Source of the DNA: Solirubrobacterales bacterium | GTDB taxonomy: Bacteria; Actinomycetota; Thermoleophilia; Solirubrobacterales; JBBDJG01 | NCBI GenBank assembly: GCA_038203635.1 | Contig: JBBRDT010000003.1 | Span: forward strand, 22,776-86,775 | Direction: 5' to 3' | DNA length: 64,000 nt | Part shown: positions 63,217 through 64,000 of the stretch, one piece after another | Position numbering within the stretch: the first letter of the stretch is position 1 | How the letters are laid out: every line of letters begins with the position of its first letter | Program-made: the position numbers and the translations under genes | The notes under the pieces: generated by a model | Databases searched by the model: none | Told to the model about the DNA's origin: nothing | The model's input: only the letters and a program-made list of their open reading frames with translations

Positions 63217-63603
63217 GTGAGATCCTCGGGCGTGATGAGCGAGGCGCGGCCGCTGGCACTGATCGAGTTCCCCGCCGATGACCCCGAGCGGGCCCTCCGC
63301 TTCTGGGGCGGCTTGCTCGACGTCGAGTTGGAGCAGCGGGCGGAGGGAGAGGGGAGTGGCTGGCAGTCCCGTTCGACGGCGCCTCCCGTCGGAGTGCACG
63401 AACGCGGCCGCGGTCCCGGTGACTCGTTCTCGCTGCCTTACTTCAGCGTGGAGGATCTGCCGCGGGCGCTCGAGCGGGTCGAGGAACTGGGCGGCAGCAT
63501 CGTCCACCCCGGCGAGCGGTGGGCGATCTGCAAGGACTCGGAGGGGAGTCCCTTCGGGTTGGCTGCCTCCTATCCTGAACCCGACAACGTAGGGTCTGGC
63601 TAG
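63217..63603 (+). CDS. VOC (glyoxalase/bleomycin-resistance) family protein
   Basis: Contains IEFPADDPERALRFWGGLL and GGSIVHPGERWAICKDSEGSPFGL. The start could be the ATG at 63235. Confidence 0.7.
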   Translation: MRSSGVMSEARPLALIEFPADDPERALRFWGGLLDVELEQRAEGEGSGWQSRSTAPPVGVHERGRGPGDSFSLPYFSVEDLPRALERVEELGGSIVHPGERWAICKDSEGSPFGLAASYPEPDNVGSG

Positions 63604-63610
63604 CGGTCTC

Positions 63611-64000
63611 GTGTCTGACAGAGCTCGATACACGGTTCAAGTGATCGCGACTTCGCCCGATGACCGGCCCGAGATGCTCGCGCGAACGTTGGAAGAGTTG
63701 CTACGAGCTCATGGCCTTCATCTAGTGATACAGATCGTGGTCGGTCCAAACCCGCCGGGGGATGAGCCTTCAATTGTCGTCTTCATGGGGAGCGAGGACG
63801 CGGCTGGAGACGACGACTGCCTCGCGGCAGTGCGGGTCGCGCTAGAGGCGGACCGCGTCGTTCTGCCTGTCGCGTCCGCTCCGAACCGCGTCGATGCGGA
63901 GCTTCCATCTTCGTTGGGCTCATACAACGCTTGGTTTTGGCAGGATCCGGAGCCGAGCCACCAGCTGGCGCGATTCGTTCTTGAGGAGTTGGGAATAGAG
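63611..64000 (+). CDS. Hypothetical protein, N-terminal 130 aa only (runs off the window); possibly a TIR-like/flavodoxin-fold N-terminal domain
   Basis: My own translation from the GTG at 63611: VSDRARYTVQVIATSPDD...PSIVVFMGSEDAAGDDDCLAAVRVALEADRVVLPVASAPNRVDAELPSSLGSYNAWFW...LARFVLEELGIE. It is open to the window end and is absent from the ORF track because no stop is reached. Codon third positions are much less GC-rich than elsewhere. Confidence 0.45.
   Translation, partial: MSDRARYTVQVIATSPDDRPEMLARTLEELLRAHGLHLVIQIVVGPNPPGDEPSIVVFMGSEDAAGDDDCLAAVRVALEADRVVLPVASAPNRVDAELPSSLGSYNAWFWQDPEPSHQLARFVLEELGIE

Noticed and set aside
1-64000. CRISPR arrays, insertion sequences, integrases, prophage genes, toxin-antitoxin pairs and known defence-system genes
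   Set aside because: I found no regularly spaced short repeats, no transposase-, integrase- or recombinase-like translations, and no terminal inverted repeats anywhere in the window. The only repeats are the intragenic duplications already listed.

Overview
High-GC bacterial chromosomal segment, visibly above 70% G+C almost throughout. Gene content and codon bias look like Actinomycetota: GC3-rich reading frames and many 1-4 nt start/stop overlaps. I support about 75 protein-coding genes and one tRNA-Gln(UUG). I found no rRNA, CRISPR array, transposase, integrase or phage genes.

Most of the window is ordinary core or metabolic DNA:
- a metG-tatD-rsmA-ispE block
- rsmI, a ROK glucokinase, an LCP protein, crcB, glyQS and a cold-shock gene
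- a five-gene Liv-type ABC importer
- three DHA2-type MFS exporters, two of them behind a MarR gene
- several small regulators (MerR, MarR, two TetR, PucR), many NTF2/SnoaL-like proteins and secreted hypothetical proteins

The less ordinary observations are:
1. A membrane Ser/Thr kinase whose ectodomain is two near-identical Kelch propellers, produced by an exact 900-nt in-frame tandem duplication.
2. A translationally coupled trio of secreted hydrolases: neutral-ceramidase-like, GH36-like and S15/CocE-NonD.
3. A hemerythrin / M50-CBS protease / double tandem-USP cluster whose gene content recalls the mycobacterial dormancy locus.
4. Three short remnants of otherwise absent genes (S1 protease, LVIVD propeller, HAD-IIA), plus a frameshifted tandem-PHP hydrolase.
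5. A low-GC, hairpin-rich leader upstream of glyQS, and a GNAT gene overlapping the glyQS stop codon.
6. A sharp drop in G+C at about 63600. An open, possibly TIR-like ORF starts there and runs off the window.

I cannot point to a clear, complete novel multi-gene system. Every functional call is my own motif recognition on the supplied translations, with no database search run.
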